This document shows positions 1 to 10,042 of a stretch of DNA of 52,386 nucleotides, piece by piece. The position numbers were made by a program, and so were the translations under genes. Under the pieces are notes generated by a model. The model worked only from the letters and a program-made list of their open reading frames with translations, was not told the origin of the DNA and did no database searches. Every line of letters begins with the position of its first letter. The first letter of the stretch is position 1. The stretch comes from Alphaproteobacteria bacterium (GTDB lineage Bacteria > Pseudomonadota > Alphaproteobacteria > UBA8317). The stretch is from contig JAYPQH010000002.1 of NCBI GenBank assembly GCA_038131935.1, forward strand, positions 1 to 52,386. Direction: 5' to 3'.

Positions 1-1323
1 GTTGGATCAATGGTTTCATCAAATACCGGATGGGTATTGATGGAATTTCATTGGGACTGATTTTATTAACCACCGTTCTGATGCCTGTATGTATTTTGAT
101 GAGATGGACATCAATTAGAAGCAGGGTAAAAGATTTTATGAGCGCGTTTTTACTCCTTGAGACATTGGTGATCGGTGTTTTTTGTGCATTGGATATAGTT
201 TTGTTCTATCTTCTGTTTGAAGGTAGCCTGATCCCTATGTTTCTCATCATTGGTGTTTGGGGTGGGACGCGTAGAATTTACGCGACATACAAATTCTTTC
301 TCTACACGCTTGCTGGCTCAGTTTTGATGCTGCTTGCCATGATTTACATGATTGCTGATGCTGGGTCAGCGGATATCCGTGTATTGTTGCAACATGATTT
401 TGATGCAAACATTCAAACCTGGTTATGGTTGGCATTCTTCGCTTCTTTTGCCGTAAAAATGCCCTTCTTTCCCGTTCACACATGGCTTCCTGCAGCACAT
501 GTTGAAGCGCCGACAAGTGGGTCAATTATTTTGGCGGGAATTTTGCTGAAAATGGGCGGGTATGGCCTGTTGCGTTTCTCATTGCCCATGTTTCCAGAGG
601 CATCCATTGATTTGGCGCCTTTGGTGCAATGGATTTGTGTGATCGCCGTTATTTATGGTTCCATTATCGCTTTTGCGCAGGATGACATCAAAAAGCTTAT
701 TGCCTACTCATCGGTTGCGCATATGGGTGTTGTTGGATTGGGATTGTTCTCTGGTTACATTGAAGGTGTGCAGGGCGCTTACTTTCTTATGATCTCGCAT
801 GGGATCATTTCAGGAGCTTTGTTTGCTTGTGTTGGGGTTATTTATGAACGTGCGCATACAAAGGGATTTACATGCGTTCGGTGGTGTTCTGCGCGTCATG
901 CCTGTCTTTGCTATTATGATGATGTTGTTCACCATGGCCAATATTGGGCTGCCGGGTACCGCAGGTTTTGTAGGTGAATTTTTATCACTTGCGGGTTCAT
1001 TTAAAATGAATCCAAACCTAACTGCGCTCGCTGCGTTGGGTATGATTTTGTCTGCGGTCTATGGTTTGTGGCTCTATCGTAAAGTGGTTGTCGGTGCCTT
1101 AGAAAATGACCTCGTCAAAGGTCTTAAAGATATGAATGCTCGAGAAATCATGGCCTTGTTGCCACTTGCCTTTCTTACTTTACTGTTAGGGTTTTACCCA
1201 TCATTGGTCTTGGATTTGAGCGATGTAGCTGTGACGCAGATGTTAGAGCCAGTTCAAAGTCATTTGGTAGAAGCTAACAATATCGTTGAAGTTGTCGTCC
1301 GTGAAGGAGGCTATAACAAATGA
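1..1323 (+). CDS. nuoM: NADH-quinone oxidoreductase subunit M (5'-partial; frameshift near 860)
   Basis: ORFs 30..977 and 799..1323 join. Motifs [30 protein letters not shown] and [12 protein letters not shown] are present. One extra A in 'cataca aagggat' breaks HTRDL. Confidence 0.95.
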
Positions 1324-2747
1324 GTTTTGATCTTTATCACAGTATGACATTGATTATACCAGAAATCATTCTCTGCCTTGGTGCGCTTATTTTGTTGCCC
1401 CTCGGTGCGTTTTTGCAAGGACCAAGGGCTTGGTCACTGATGGGCTATCTTTGTTTATTCTTCTTCGGGTTGGCATTGATTGCTGCGATGTCATCTGGGA
1501 CAGGGGTTGGTTTTGGTGGACAGGTTGCCGTCACATCTATATCGAGCTTTTTCCGTCAGCTTGTGATGATTTTTGGTTTGGCAGGTGCATATTTGATACA
1601 TGCAGACCTAGAACGTGATCATGACCTTCGTCGTACCGAAACATCTGTCCTGGTCCTATTATCGGTTTGTGGGATGTCATTGATGGTTTCATCTGGATCA
1701 TTGATGACGTTGTATATGGGGTTAGAGTTACAATCTTTATCTCTTTATGTTCTTGCGGCGACGAAGCGAGATTCCTTGAAGGCATCAGAAGCAGGTTTAA
1801 AATATTTTGTTTTGGGCGCGTTAAGCTCTGGAATTTTGTTATACGGCATTTCTTTTGTTTACGGAGCCACAGGCTCGTTCACATATAGCAACATCGCAAC
1901 CGTGCAAGTACTGGAAGATAATATGTTGGTACTTGGTATGTGTCTTGTGATACTCGGCTTGGCGTTCAAAGTTTCTTTGGTTCCCTTTCACATGTGGACA
2001 CCTGATGTTTACGAGGGAGCCCCAATTGGTGTGACAGCATTTTTTGCCGCCGCACCCAAGATTGCTGCCATTGGTGTTTTTGCAGTATTGCTTCGTGAAG
2101 TATTTCCTACTGGATCTGAAATTTGGGTACCAATTGTTGGTGTGCTTGCCGTTGCATCAACTTGGTGGGGTGCACTTGGGGCGATGCGTCAGCAAAATTT
2201 AAAAAGGATCCTTGCCTATTCTTCTATAGCGAATATGGGTTTTTGTTTCTTGGGCTTTCTCAATGGAGTTGATGGTTCCTCTGCCGCGGTAATAACATAT
2301 GCTGCCATTTATGGGGTGATGACGATCGGAACGTTTGCTGCGATTTCTTCACTTCAATTTGATGGAAGGGTGGTACAAGACCGTGAGCAATTGAATGGTT
2401 TGGCACTAACGCATCCTAGAATGGCTTTGGTTCTTGCCATTTTGATGTTCTCATTGGCAGGGATTCCTCCTTTGGCTGGTTTCTTTGCTAAGTTTGCTGT
2501 GTTCATGGCTGTTCTTGAATCAGGATTGATTGGTCTTGCGGTATTGGCGATCTTGGCGTCTGTTTTGGGAAGTTTCTATTATCTACGCATTGTGGTTGGC
2601 ATGTATATGTACCAAAATGATGATCAACTTGTGGTGGCTCAGCCGAAAATGGTCGCTGCATTGGGCGCAATCTTGGTGAGTATCATGGCCTTTGCACCAT
2701 GGGTACTATTCGATTCTGTTGATGCGATTGCAAAGATTGTCCCCTAA
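1320..2747 (+). CDS. nuoN: NADH-quinone oxidoreductase subunit N
   Basis: Motifs SEAGLKYFVLGALSS, FKVSLVPFHMWTPDVYEGAP and SLAGIPPLAGFFAKF; ATGA overlap with nuoM. Confidence 0.96.
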   Translation: MSFDLYHSMTLIIPEIILCLGALILLPLGAFLQGPRAWSLMGYLCLFFFGLALIAAMSSGTGVGFGGQVAVTSISSFFRQLVMIFGLAGAYLIHADLERDHDLRRTETSVLVLLSVCGMSLMVSSGSLMTLYMGLELQSLSLYVLAATKRDSLKASEAGLKYFVLGALSSGILLYGISFVYGATGSFTYSNIATVQVLEDNMLVLGMCLVILGLAFKVSLVPFHMWTPDVYEGAPIGVTAFFAAAPKIAAIGVFAVLLREVFPTGSEIWVPIVGVLAVASTWWGALGAMRQQNLKRILAYSSIANMGFCFLGFLNGVDGSSAAVITYAAIYGVMTIGTFAAISSLQFDGRVVQDREQLNGLALTHPRMALVLAILMFSLAGIPPLAGFFAKFAVFMAVLESGLIGLAVLAILASVLGSFYYLRIVVGMYMYQNDDQLVVAQPKMVAALGAILVSIMAFAPWVLFDSVDAIAKIVP

Positions 2748-3473
2748 AATACAGCATTATCACTTTGCCAGCTGTTCATCTACTCAGGATGAAGCGAGGC
2801 GTTTGATAGCCAAAAGTTCTGACTGGTTTATGTGTACGGCAGAAAGCCAGACAGATGGTCGTGGTCGCCAAGGTCGTAGCTGGTCGCACGCTCAAGGGAA
2901 CTTGGCCGTAACATTTGCAATGAATATTGAAGCAAACGACGCGGTACGTTTCCTTTTAGGTTTTGCGGTAAACTTGCATCGGTGGGTAGCGCAGAGAACT
3001 TCCAAATCTGTTTATATAAAATGGCCTAATGATATCATTGTTGAAGGGAAAAAACTCTCTGGTATGCTTGGTGAGTATGACCATCAACTTGGATGGTTCT
3101 TGTTGGGGCTTGGTTAAATACAATCAATAGCCCAACATTGGAGGACGATCGCAACCTCTCTATCTCTCTGAAAGATTTAAGCATTCCAGAGCAAGAGATA
3201 TCGTCGCTCTTGTATATAATGCAAGATTGGTTGCGGGGGCTGCTTCATGGACCGTCATTGGAGGAATGTGCAAAGCATGCCCAGAAGAGGGGGTTTCCTC
3301 TTAACAGTGTGATGGATGTCGTAAGTGGAGATAAACGCCTGCACGGCACTTATGAGGGTTTAACAGCCGATGGCTGTTTGAAATTGAGGGATGGGCGTAA
3401 TGTCCTTCACATGCTACATGCAGGTGACGTAGAGAATTGTCGCTGGGAAAATTTATATGCTTCTCGCAATTGA
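2737..3473 (+). CDS. birA: Biotin--acetyl-CoA-carboxylase ligase without N-terminal HTH (frameshift near 3110)
   Basis: Motifs SSTQDEA, QTDGRGRQGRSW and KWPNDIIVEGKKLSGML. The C-terminal GLTADGCLKL lies in ORF 3093..3473. Probable TTG start at 2737. Confidence 0.88.
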
Positions 3474-4227
3474 TGCAGGTAACACAAATACCGTTTTTGC
3501 TGTTCATGATGGGACAAAATGGGTGGCCCAATGGAGGACCTCAACATCGACAGAACGTACAGCTGATGAGTACGCTGTTTGGTTAGGTAATCTTATGGCT
3601 TTTGTTGGGCTCAACTTATCTGACATGACGGCCTGTGTCGTCTCTTGTGTTGTTCCACAATCTCTTTTCCATTTCCGGAATTTTTCCAAGCGCCATCTCC
3701 AGGTAGACCCATTTGTTGTTGGGGACCCGGATACTATTGTTGACTTGGAAGTGCGTTTGGATAACCCAAAAGAAGCTGGAGCAGATCGTCTTGTTAACGC
3801 AGTAGGCGCGCGTACGTATCACGATGGCGCGCTTTTGATTATTGATTCTGGCACTGCAACCACGTTTGATATCATATCATCAGATGGGGCTTTTGTTGGT
3901 GGGGTGATTTGCCCTGGGATAAATTTATCCTTATCAGCTTTATACAATGCAGCAGCAAGGTTGCCCCGCATTGAAATTAGAAAAACATCAGAATATTGGG
4001 GTGCGAACACGGTAAGTGCTATGCAAAGCGGTGTCTATTGGGGCTACATTTCCCTGATGGAAGGCATGATTAATCGCATTCGCAGTGGTTATAATGAGCC
4101 TCTTACAACCATTGCTACCGGAGGGGTTGTTTCATTATTTCGGGGTGCGACAAGCAGCATTGAAATTTATGATCCTGATCTTACCATCAATGGTCTATTG
4201 GCCATCTATCAAGCGAACAAAATATGA
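3457..4227 (+). CDS. coaX: Type III pantothenate kinase
   Basis: Motifs MLLAIDAGNTN, GADRLVN and IIDSGTATTFD. Confidence 0.95.
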   Translation: MLLAIDAGNTNTVFAVHDGTKWVAQWRTSTSTERTADEYAVWLGNLMAFVGLNLSDMTACVVSCVVPQSLFHFRNFSKRHLQVDPFVVGDPDTIVDLEVRLDNPKEAGADRLVNAVGARTYHDGALLIIDSGTATTFDIISSDGAFVGGVICPGINLSLSALYNAAARLPRIEIRKTSEYWGANTVSAMQSGVYWGYISLMEGMINRIRSGYNEPLTTIATGGVVSLFRGATSSIEIYDPDLTINGLLAIYQANKI

Positions 4228-4263
4228 CATGGTTATGATGAGGTCACCAAAGGAGTAAGGCAG

Positions 4264-5928
4264 ATAGATACAAAACATTTGGTATTTCTTCCTCTTGGCG
4301 GTTCAGGTGAGATTGGAATGAATCTTAACCTATATGGACTGGGTCCCAAGGGCCAAGAACGGTGGGTTATGGTGGATTGTGGTGTGACTTTCGGTGGTCC
4401 TAATGAACCGGGTATAGATCTTATCACACCAGACATCACCTTTATAAAACAGCAACGTGAAAGATTGCTCGCGCTGGTGTTGACCCATGCCCATGAGGAT
4501 CATATCGGTGCAATTGGTATGTTATGGGAAGAATTACAATGCCCTATTTACGCAACACCATTTACGGCATTGATGGTAGAAGCAAAACTAAGAGAGAGAG
4601 GTTTGCCCACTTCCCAGGTTCATAGAATTAAAACAGGGCAAACAATACGTATTGGTGATTTTGATATTCGCTACATGGCCATCACCCATTCTATCCCTGA
4701 GAGTCATCTCTTGGGTATCACAACGCCGCTTGGCGCCGTTGTGCATACGGGTGATTGGAAATTTGACCCCGATCCCGTGATAGGATCTGTGAGTGACTTG
4801 GATGGGTTTGGGGATTTTGCAGAAAAAAACAATATTTTGGCAATGGTTTGTGATTCGACAAACGCGATCACACCAGGCCGATCTGGATCAGAGCGTGCTG
4901 TTGCCGATGAACTAAAAGATGTTGTTGCTGGTATCAAAGGACGGGCAATCGTTACAACTTTTGCATCGAATGCGGCGCGGGTGAAAGCAATTTTTCAAGC
5001 AGCACAAGCAAATCAGAGGGAAATTGTACTGGTAGGGCGATCCATGCATAAAATTGTCGATGCGGCCCGTGGTTGTGGCTATCTAGCTGGGTTGCCTTCA
5101 CCTGTTCCTGAGGAGGACGCTGGTTTTTTACCGCCTGAGCATACTTTAATTTTATGTACAGGTTCACAAGGTGAAGGACGTGCAGCACTTGGTAAAATGG
5201 CAGATGGTACCCATCCCTTTATTTCTTTAAGCTCGCGTGACACGGTCATATTTTCTTCAAAAATTATCCCTGGCAATGAAAAAACAGTCTTTGGTTTGTT
5301 CAACCGCTTAAGTGCTAAAGGCGTACGCATTATTACAGAAAAACATGCTAATATTCATGTATCTGGTCATCCTTGTGCTGAAGAATTATCAGACATGTAT
5401 AAAATTATTCAGCCAAAACTAGCTATTCCGGTTCATGGTGAAGTTATGCATATGATGACGCATGCAAGCATTGCTTATGAAGCCAATGTTCCAGCTGCAC
5501 TGGTTCCATCTAATGGAATGATGATTGAGTTGGCACCAAACCTTGGTGAGGTTTTAGAACATGTTGATGCGGGCCGTTTGTATGTTGATGGGTACCTAAT
5601 GGAGAGAGCCGGGGAGTCAGCAGCAGACGACCGAAGACGGCTAACGTTTGCAGGATGTGTGTTCGTTTGCGTTGTTTATGATGAACGTGCAGTAGAGTCA
5701 TTTTATTTGACAGGGCGAGGTGTGCCCCAAGCCTTGTTGGATGATCATCATGATGGTTTTTATCAAGCTGTTGTGGCTGTTCTTTCAAATTTTGATAACA
5801 AACTCCCTAGTGCATCTGTTATAGGTGAACATGTTCGCCAAGCCATAAGGCGTCAGTTTAAATCTTTGTGGGGTAAAAAACCGCTTGTTGATGTTCATAT
5901 GTTAGAAAAGAAGGAACTTTTTCCATGA
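4264..5928 (+). CDS. rnj: Ribonuclease J
   Basis: Motifs LPLGGSGEIGMN, THAHEDHIG, CTGSQGE and HVSGH. Start uncertain: ATA at 4264 after AGGAG, or TTG at 4279. Confidence 0.93.
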   Translation: MDTKHLVFLPLGGSGEIGMNLNLYGLGPKGQERWVMVDCGVTFGGPNEPGIDLITPDITFIKQQRERLLALVLTHAHEDHIGAIGMLWEELQCPIYATPFTALMVEAKLRERGLPTSQVHRIKTGQTIRIGDFDIRYMAITHSIPESHLLGITTPLGAVVHTGDWKFDPDPVIGSVSDLDGFGDFAEKNNILAMVCDSTNAITPGRSGSERAVADELKDVVAGIKGRAIVTTFASNAARVKAIFQAAQANQREIVLVGRSMHKIVDAARGCGYLAGLPSPVPEEDAGFLPPEHTLILCTGSQGEGRAALGKMADGTHPFISLSSRDTVIFSSKIIPGNEKTVFGLFNRLSAKGVRIITEKHANIHVSGHPCAEELSDMYKIIQPKLAIPVHGEVMHMMTHASIAYEANVPAALVPSNGMMIELAPNLGEVLEHVDAGRLYVDGYLMERAGESAADDRRRLTFAGCVFVCVVYDERAVESFYLTGRGVPQALLDDHHDGFYQAVVAVLSNFDNKLPSASVIGEHVRQAIRRQFKSLWGKKPLVDVHMLEKKELFP

Positions 5929-6332
5929 TTGGCCGTTTGAATCACGTGGCGATTGCTGTACCAAACCTTGATTCAGCATCGCAACTTTATCGCAATACTT
6001 TGGGTGCTGATGTGTCTGAACAGATAGCCCAACCTGCGCATGGGGTTACAGTTGTATTCGTTAATCTGCCTAATACCAAAATTGAGTTGCTTGAGCCCCT
6101 GGGTGAAGATTCACCAATAGCTGGTTTCTTGCAGAAAAATCCCTCTGGCGGTATTCATCATGTTTGTTATGAGGTTGATGATATTGAAAAAGCTGCTGCG
6201 CATCTTGTGACACAAGGGGCAAGAATATTGGGTGATGGAAAACCTAAAATAGGTGCTCACGATAAACCTGTCCTTTTCCTTCATCCTAAAGATTTTAATG
6301 GAACCTTGGTGGAACTAGAGCAGGCGTCCTGA
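5925..6332 (+). CDS. mce: Methylmalonyl-CoA epimerase
   Basis: Motifs MIGRLNHVAIAVP, GGIHHVCYEVDDI and FLHPKDFNGTLVELEQ (VOC fold). Confidence 0.93.
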   Translation: MIGRLNHVAIAVPNLDSASQLYRNTLGADVSEQIAQPAHGVTVVFVNLPNTKIELLEPLGEDSPIAGFLQKNPSGGIHHVCYEVDDIEKAAAHLVTQGARILGDGKPKIGAHDKPVLFLHPKDFNGTLVELEQAS

Positions 6333-6333
6333 C

Positions 6334-6606
6334 ATGACTTTTGTTGAGGTGATTGTCGCCTTTGCCATTATTTGGTGGGTTGTACTTTTTATAGTTTTGC
6401 CTTTTGGTGTGCGTAGTCATCATGAGGAGGGTATTGTTGATCGAGCCATTGACCCAGGTGCACCTGTGCGTCCACAGATGGGACGAAAAATATTGGTGAC
6501 AACATTTGTTGCGTTGCTCGTGTTAGGTTTTTTCTATGTCGGTAGAACAACAGGAATTATAAGCTTAGATAACATCATAGGCTTAAATCCCATTGTAAGT
6601 GAGTGA
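6334..6606 (+). CDS. DUF1467-family small membrane protein
   Basis: [17 protein letters not shown]...DPGAP...K..VTT pattern; conserved position between mce and proS. Confidence 0.82.
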   Translation: MTFVEVIVAFAIIWWVVLFIVLPFGVRSHHEEGIVDRAIDPGAPVRPQMGRKILVTTFVALLVLGFFYVGRTTGIISLDNIIGLNPIVSE

Positions 6607-6613
6607 TTATTTT

Positions 6614-7951
6614 ATGTATTTATCAAAGTTTTATTTGCCAATATTGAAAGAAAATCCAGCTGAAGCTCAGATTACGTCTCATCGTCTCATGTTGCGTGCT
6701 GGCATGATAAGGCAAACTGCTGCTGGCATTTACACATGGTTACCTTTAGGACTTCGTGTTTTAAAACGTGTGGAAGAAATTGTTCGTTTGGAGCAAAATA
6801 AAATTGGTGCTCATGAGGTGCTCATGTCGACCATACAGCCAGCTGAGCTATGGCGCGAGTCTGGGCGATTTGATGCATATGGGCCGGAAATGCTCAAATT
6901 TCAGGACCGTCATGATCGTACCATGTTGTATGGGCCAACCAATGAAGAGCAAATCACTGATATTTTCAGGCAAACAGTTCAGACTTACCGTGACCTTCCT
7001 CAGATGTTGTATCATATCCAGTGGAAATTTCGAGATGAGGTAAGACCTCGTTTTGGGGTGATGCGTGGTCGTGAATTTTTGATGAAGGATGCCTATTCTT
7101 TTGATGTTGATCGTGATGGTGCCGTCCACGCCTACAACAAAATGTTCATTGCTTATCTACGGACTTTTCAAAAATTAGGTTTAACGGCCGTTCCCATGCG
7201 TGCTGATACTGGTCCAATTGGGGGAGATCATTCGCACGAATTTCTTGTTCTTGCGGATACGGGTGAGGCTGAGGGCTTTTTTGATCAAAAATATCTTGAT
7301 GGCTTGAATGTTGATGATGAGTTGGATGTTCATGATCGCATTTGTTTGCAGAACAAAATTGATGATCTGACATCTGCTTATGCCGTAACAGATGAAAAAT
7401 ACGTGGAAGAGGAATTTTTTGAGCGTGTCGATCCAGATAACCGCGTGCGTGGCCGAGGTATCGAAGTGGGTCACATATTCTATTTTGGTACCAAATATTC
7501 AGACCCCATGAATGCCCGTGTTCAAGAGGCGCAGGGGCAGCAAGTTCCTGTCCATATGGGCTCATATGGAATTGGGGTTAGCCGCTTGGTTGGGGCTATA
7601 ATAGAGGCTCACCATGATGATCAGGGTATCAAATGGCCATCTTCTGTGTCACCGTTTGATTTGGGTATTATCAATCTTAAAAGAGATCATGCGCAAACAA
7701 CAAAGCTAGTAGAGGCACTCTATCAAAGTGCCTGCAACCAAGGCCTTGACCCTCTGGTTGATGATACAGATGAGCGTGCAGGTGGAAAATTTGCAAAATT
7801 TGATCTTATTGGTCTGCCGCACCAAATCATCGTTGGGCCACGATTGGCTGAGAATAATCAGGTCGAGTGGAAGGAAAGGCAATCTGGTAAACGAAGCGAA
7901 ATGTCTCTTGATGAGGCCATGAACCGTTTGGCTGAGTTAGCTGTTCTCTAG
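6614..7951 (+). CDS. proS: Proline--tRNA ligase, short form lacking the INS editing domain
   Basis: Motifs [44 protein letters not shown] and GIEVGHIF; about 445 aa from ATG 6614. Confidence 0.96.
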   Translation: MYLSKFYLPILKENPAEAQITSHRLMLRAGMIRQTAAGIYTWLPLGLRVLKRVEEIVRLEQNKIGAHEVLMSTIQPAELWRESGRFDAYGPEMLKFQDRHDRTMLYGPTNEEQITDIFRQTVQTYRDLPQMLYHIQWKFRDEVRPRFGVMRGREFLMKDAYSFDVDRDGAVHAYNKMFIAYLRTFQKLGLTAVPMRADTGPIGGDHSHEFLVLADTGEAEGFFDQKYLDGLNVDDELDVHDRICLQNKIDDLTSAYAVTDEKYVEEEFFERVDPDNRVRGRGIEVGHIFYFGTKYSDPMNARVQEAQGQQVPVHMGSYGIGVSRLVGAIIEAHHDDQGIKWPSSVSPFDLGIINLKRDHAQTTKLVEALYQSACNQGLDPLVDDTDERAGGKFAKFDLIGLPHQIIVGPRLAENNQVEWKERQSGKRSEMSLDEAMNRLAELAVL

Positions 7952-7969
7952 CCAGGAAAGGTACAGCTT

Positions 7970-9207
7970 ATGCAATTGGGTTTGGAGGTCATGTTGGCAG
8001 CACGCTATCTTCGTGCACGAAAGGCCAATGGAATTGTCTCCGCTTTAACAATTTTTTCCTTCTTGGGTATTTTTTTGGGCGTTGCGACCTTGATTATTGT
8101 CATGGCGGTCATGGAAGGGTTCCAAACCCAATTAACCAACAGAATTGTTGGTCTTAATGGCCATGCAGTTTTGCATTATGTCGATGCAGATCCACAGAAG
8201 CTTTCAGCCTTACAAAAAAAAATTGAGGGCTTAAACCATGTGACCAAAACTGTCCCTGTGCAAGAAGGACAAGCATTGATTTCTCATTCAGGTCGTATGA
8301 AAGGTGCCATTATACGTGGAATGCCTGCACAATCTATGATGGATTTGTCATTACTCTCAGAAGGCTTAAAAATAGGGCAGGCTGTGCAAGAAGGTTCTCG
8401 CCAAGTTATGATTGGCGTTCGCTTGGCCGAAGAATTAGGGGTGCAAGTTGGTGGGGCTATCACGCTAACCAGTCCGCAAGGGGCTTTTACGCCTTTTGGT
8501 CAAATACCTAAGGTTGAGCGATTTGAAGTCGGCGGTATCTTCAAGGTAGGGATGACAGAGTATGATAGTGCATATGTTTTTATGGACTTGCCTCTGGCAC
8601 AGGATTTTTTCAAGCAAAGCAGCGCATTACAGGCTTGGAGATTTTTATTGATCAGCCAGATCTCTCGCAGAACATCGTCAGTGCTATTTTGGCCAACAAA
8701 TGGGGTGCCTCAGCTACGACATGGCAGGAGTCTAATGCAGCGTTTTTTGCGGCTTTGGCTGTGGAACGCACAATGATGTTTATCATTTTGTCACTTATTA
8801 TTTTGGTCGCCGCATTAAATATTATCTCTGGTATGTCCATGTTGGTGAGGGATAAGGCAGCTGAAATCGCAGTGCTTAGGGGGATGGGCATGTCACGTAT
8901 GGCTGTGATGCGTATTTTTATCATGGCCGGTAGCTCTATTGGTGTCGTGGGGACTGTAGCCGGGGTGGGGCTTGCGTTGGTGTTTTGTGCGTACATTGAT
9001 GAAATCAAAAACATTGTTTCGTCATTGTTGGGCGTTCCTTTGTTTGACCCATCTGTGTATTTTCTTGCGAGTTTGCCTGCTGACGTTCAGTTGGACGATA
9101 TTTTGCTCACGGTTGGCATGTCTTTCATATTGACGCTTCTTGCGACCGTTGTACCAGCATGGCGTGCGTCAAGTTTGCCACCGGCGGAGGCCTTGCGTCG
9201 TGGATAA
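7970..9207 (+). CDS. lolE: Lipoprotein-releasing ABC transporter permease LolC/E (frameshift near 8635)
   Basis: Motifs GVATLIIVMAVMEGF and LIILVAALNIISG...EIAVLRGMG; ORFs 7970..8776 and 8635..9207 join. Confidence 0.88.
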
Positions 9208-9883
9208 TGCTACTTTTGCACTTCAAGCCAAGTCTATTATGAGGACATTTACCGATGCTGTCGGTACGCAAGTGGTTCTCGATAACTGCGATTTAATGGT
9301 TAAGCCTGGAGAACAGGTTGCCATCGTAGGCCCCTCAGGTTCAGGAAAAACCAGTCTGCTGTCGATTTTAGGTTTGTTGGAGCCGCCCAATTCAGGGTTT
9401 CTTTCCATTGATAAGGTAAGCTGTGTGGATTTGACAGATGCGGAGCGCACCAAGGTAAGATGTTCGAGCCTGGGTTTTGTGTACCAATTTCATCATTTGT
9501 TAGAGGAATTGACAGCTTTAGAGAACGTCTCCCTTCCTCTGTTGCTCAACAAAGTTTCGCTACAAGCTGCACGAGATCGCGCAGAGAAAATTCTTGATAA
9601 GGTTGGAATGAGAAAGCGTATGCATGCAATTCCTAGTCAATTATCTGGTGGGGAACGTCAAAGGGTCGCTATTTGTCGTGCGGTCGTCCACAAACCTGCC
9701 ATTGTTATTGCTGATGAGCCCACAGGAAACTTAGATCCTGGTTTGGCCGCGGAAATTGGGGCGCTATTTCAGGAAATGGCCCGTGATGATGGCGTAGCAA
9801 CTGTTTTGGCAACACATGATATGACTTTAGCATCCAAAATGGACAGATGTTTAAAGCTCATTTCAGGTAAATTGGAAGCGTAA
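9200..9883 (+). CDS. lolD: Lipoprotein-releasing ABC transporter ATPase
   Basis: Walker A GPSGSGKT, GFVYQFHHLL, LSGGERQRVAI and ADEPTGNLD; GTG start at 9200 after GGAGG. Confidence 0.93.
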   Translation: MDNATFALQAKSIMRTFTDAVGTQVVLDNCDLMVKPGEQVAIVGPSGSGKTSLLSILGLLEPPNSGFLSIDKVSCVDLTDAERTKVRCSSLGFVYQFHHLLEELTALENVSLPLLLNKVSLQAARDRAEKILDKVGMRKRMHAIPSQLSGGERQRVAICRAVVHKPAIVIADEPTGNLDPGLAAEIGALFQEMARDDGVATVLATHDMTLASKMDRCLKLISGKLEA

Positions 9884-9891
9884 TTTAATCC

Positions 9892-9920
9892 TTGCCATAT
9901 TTTTTTGTTCCCTTTATGTT
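9892..9920 (+). promoter_or_regulatory. Putative sigma70 promoter of the small ORF-dnaE unit
   Basis: TTGCCA (9892-9897), exactly 17 nt, then TATGTT (9915-9920). Confidence 0.6.
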
Positions 9921-9942
9921 CTTACAAGAACAAAAGGAGAAC
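9907..9942. promoter_or_regulatory. Two perfect alphaproteobacterial LexA (SOS) boxes in inverted orientation
   Basis: GTTC-cctttat-GTTC (9907-9921) and GAAC-aaaagga-GAAC (9928-9942) both match GTTC-N7-GTTC exactly. They overlap the predicted -10 and the AGGAG RBS. Confidence 0.88.
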
Positions 9943-9945
9943 GAA

Positions 9946-10032
9946 ATGTTTGTTAAGGAAGATATCGTAGATTTGCTTGCTACCGTAATGATGATTATTC
10001 TGTTAATATCAGGTGGTGGTCTTTTGATTTAG
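9946..10032 (+). CDS. 28-aa single-TM peptide, probable SOS-induced (SidA-like) cell-division inhibitor
   Basis: Translates to MFVKEDIVDLLATVMMIILLISGGGLLI*. AGGAG lies at 9935-9939, the C-terminal 19 residues are uncharged, and the TAG overlaps the AGGA upstream of the dnaE TTG. Confidence 0.72.
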   Translation: MFVKEDIVDLLATVMMIILLISGGGLLI

Positions 10033-10042
10033 GAATTGTTTA

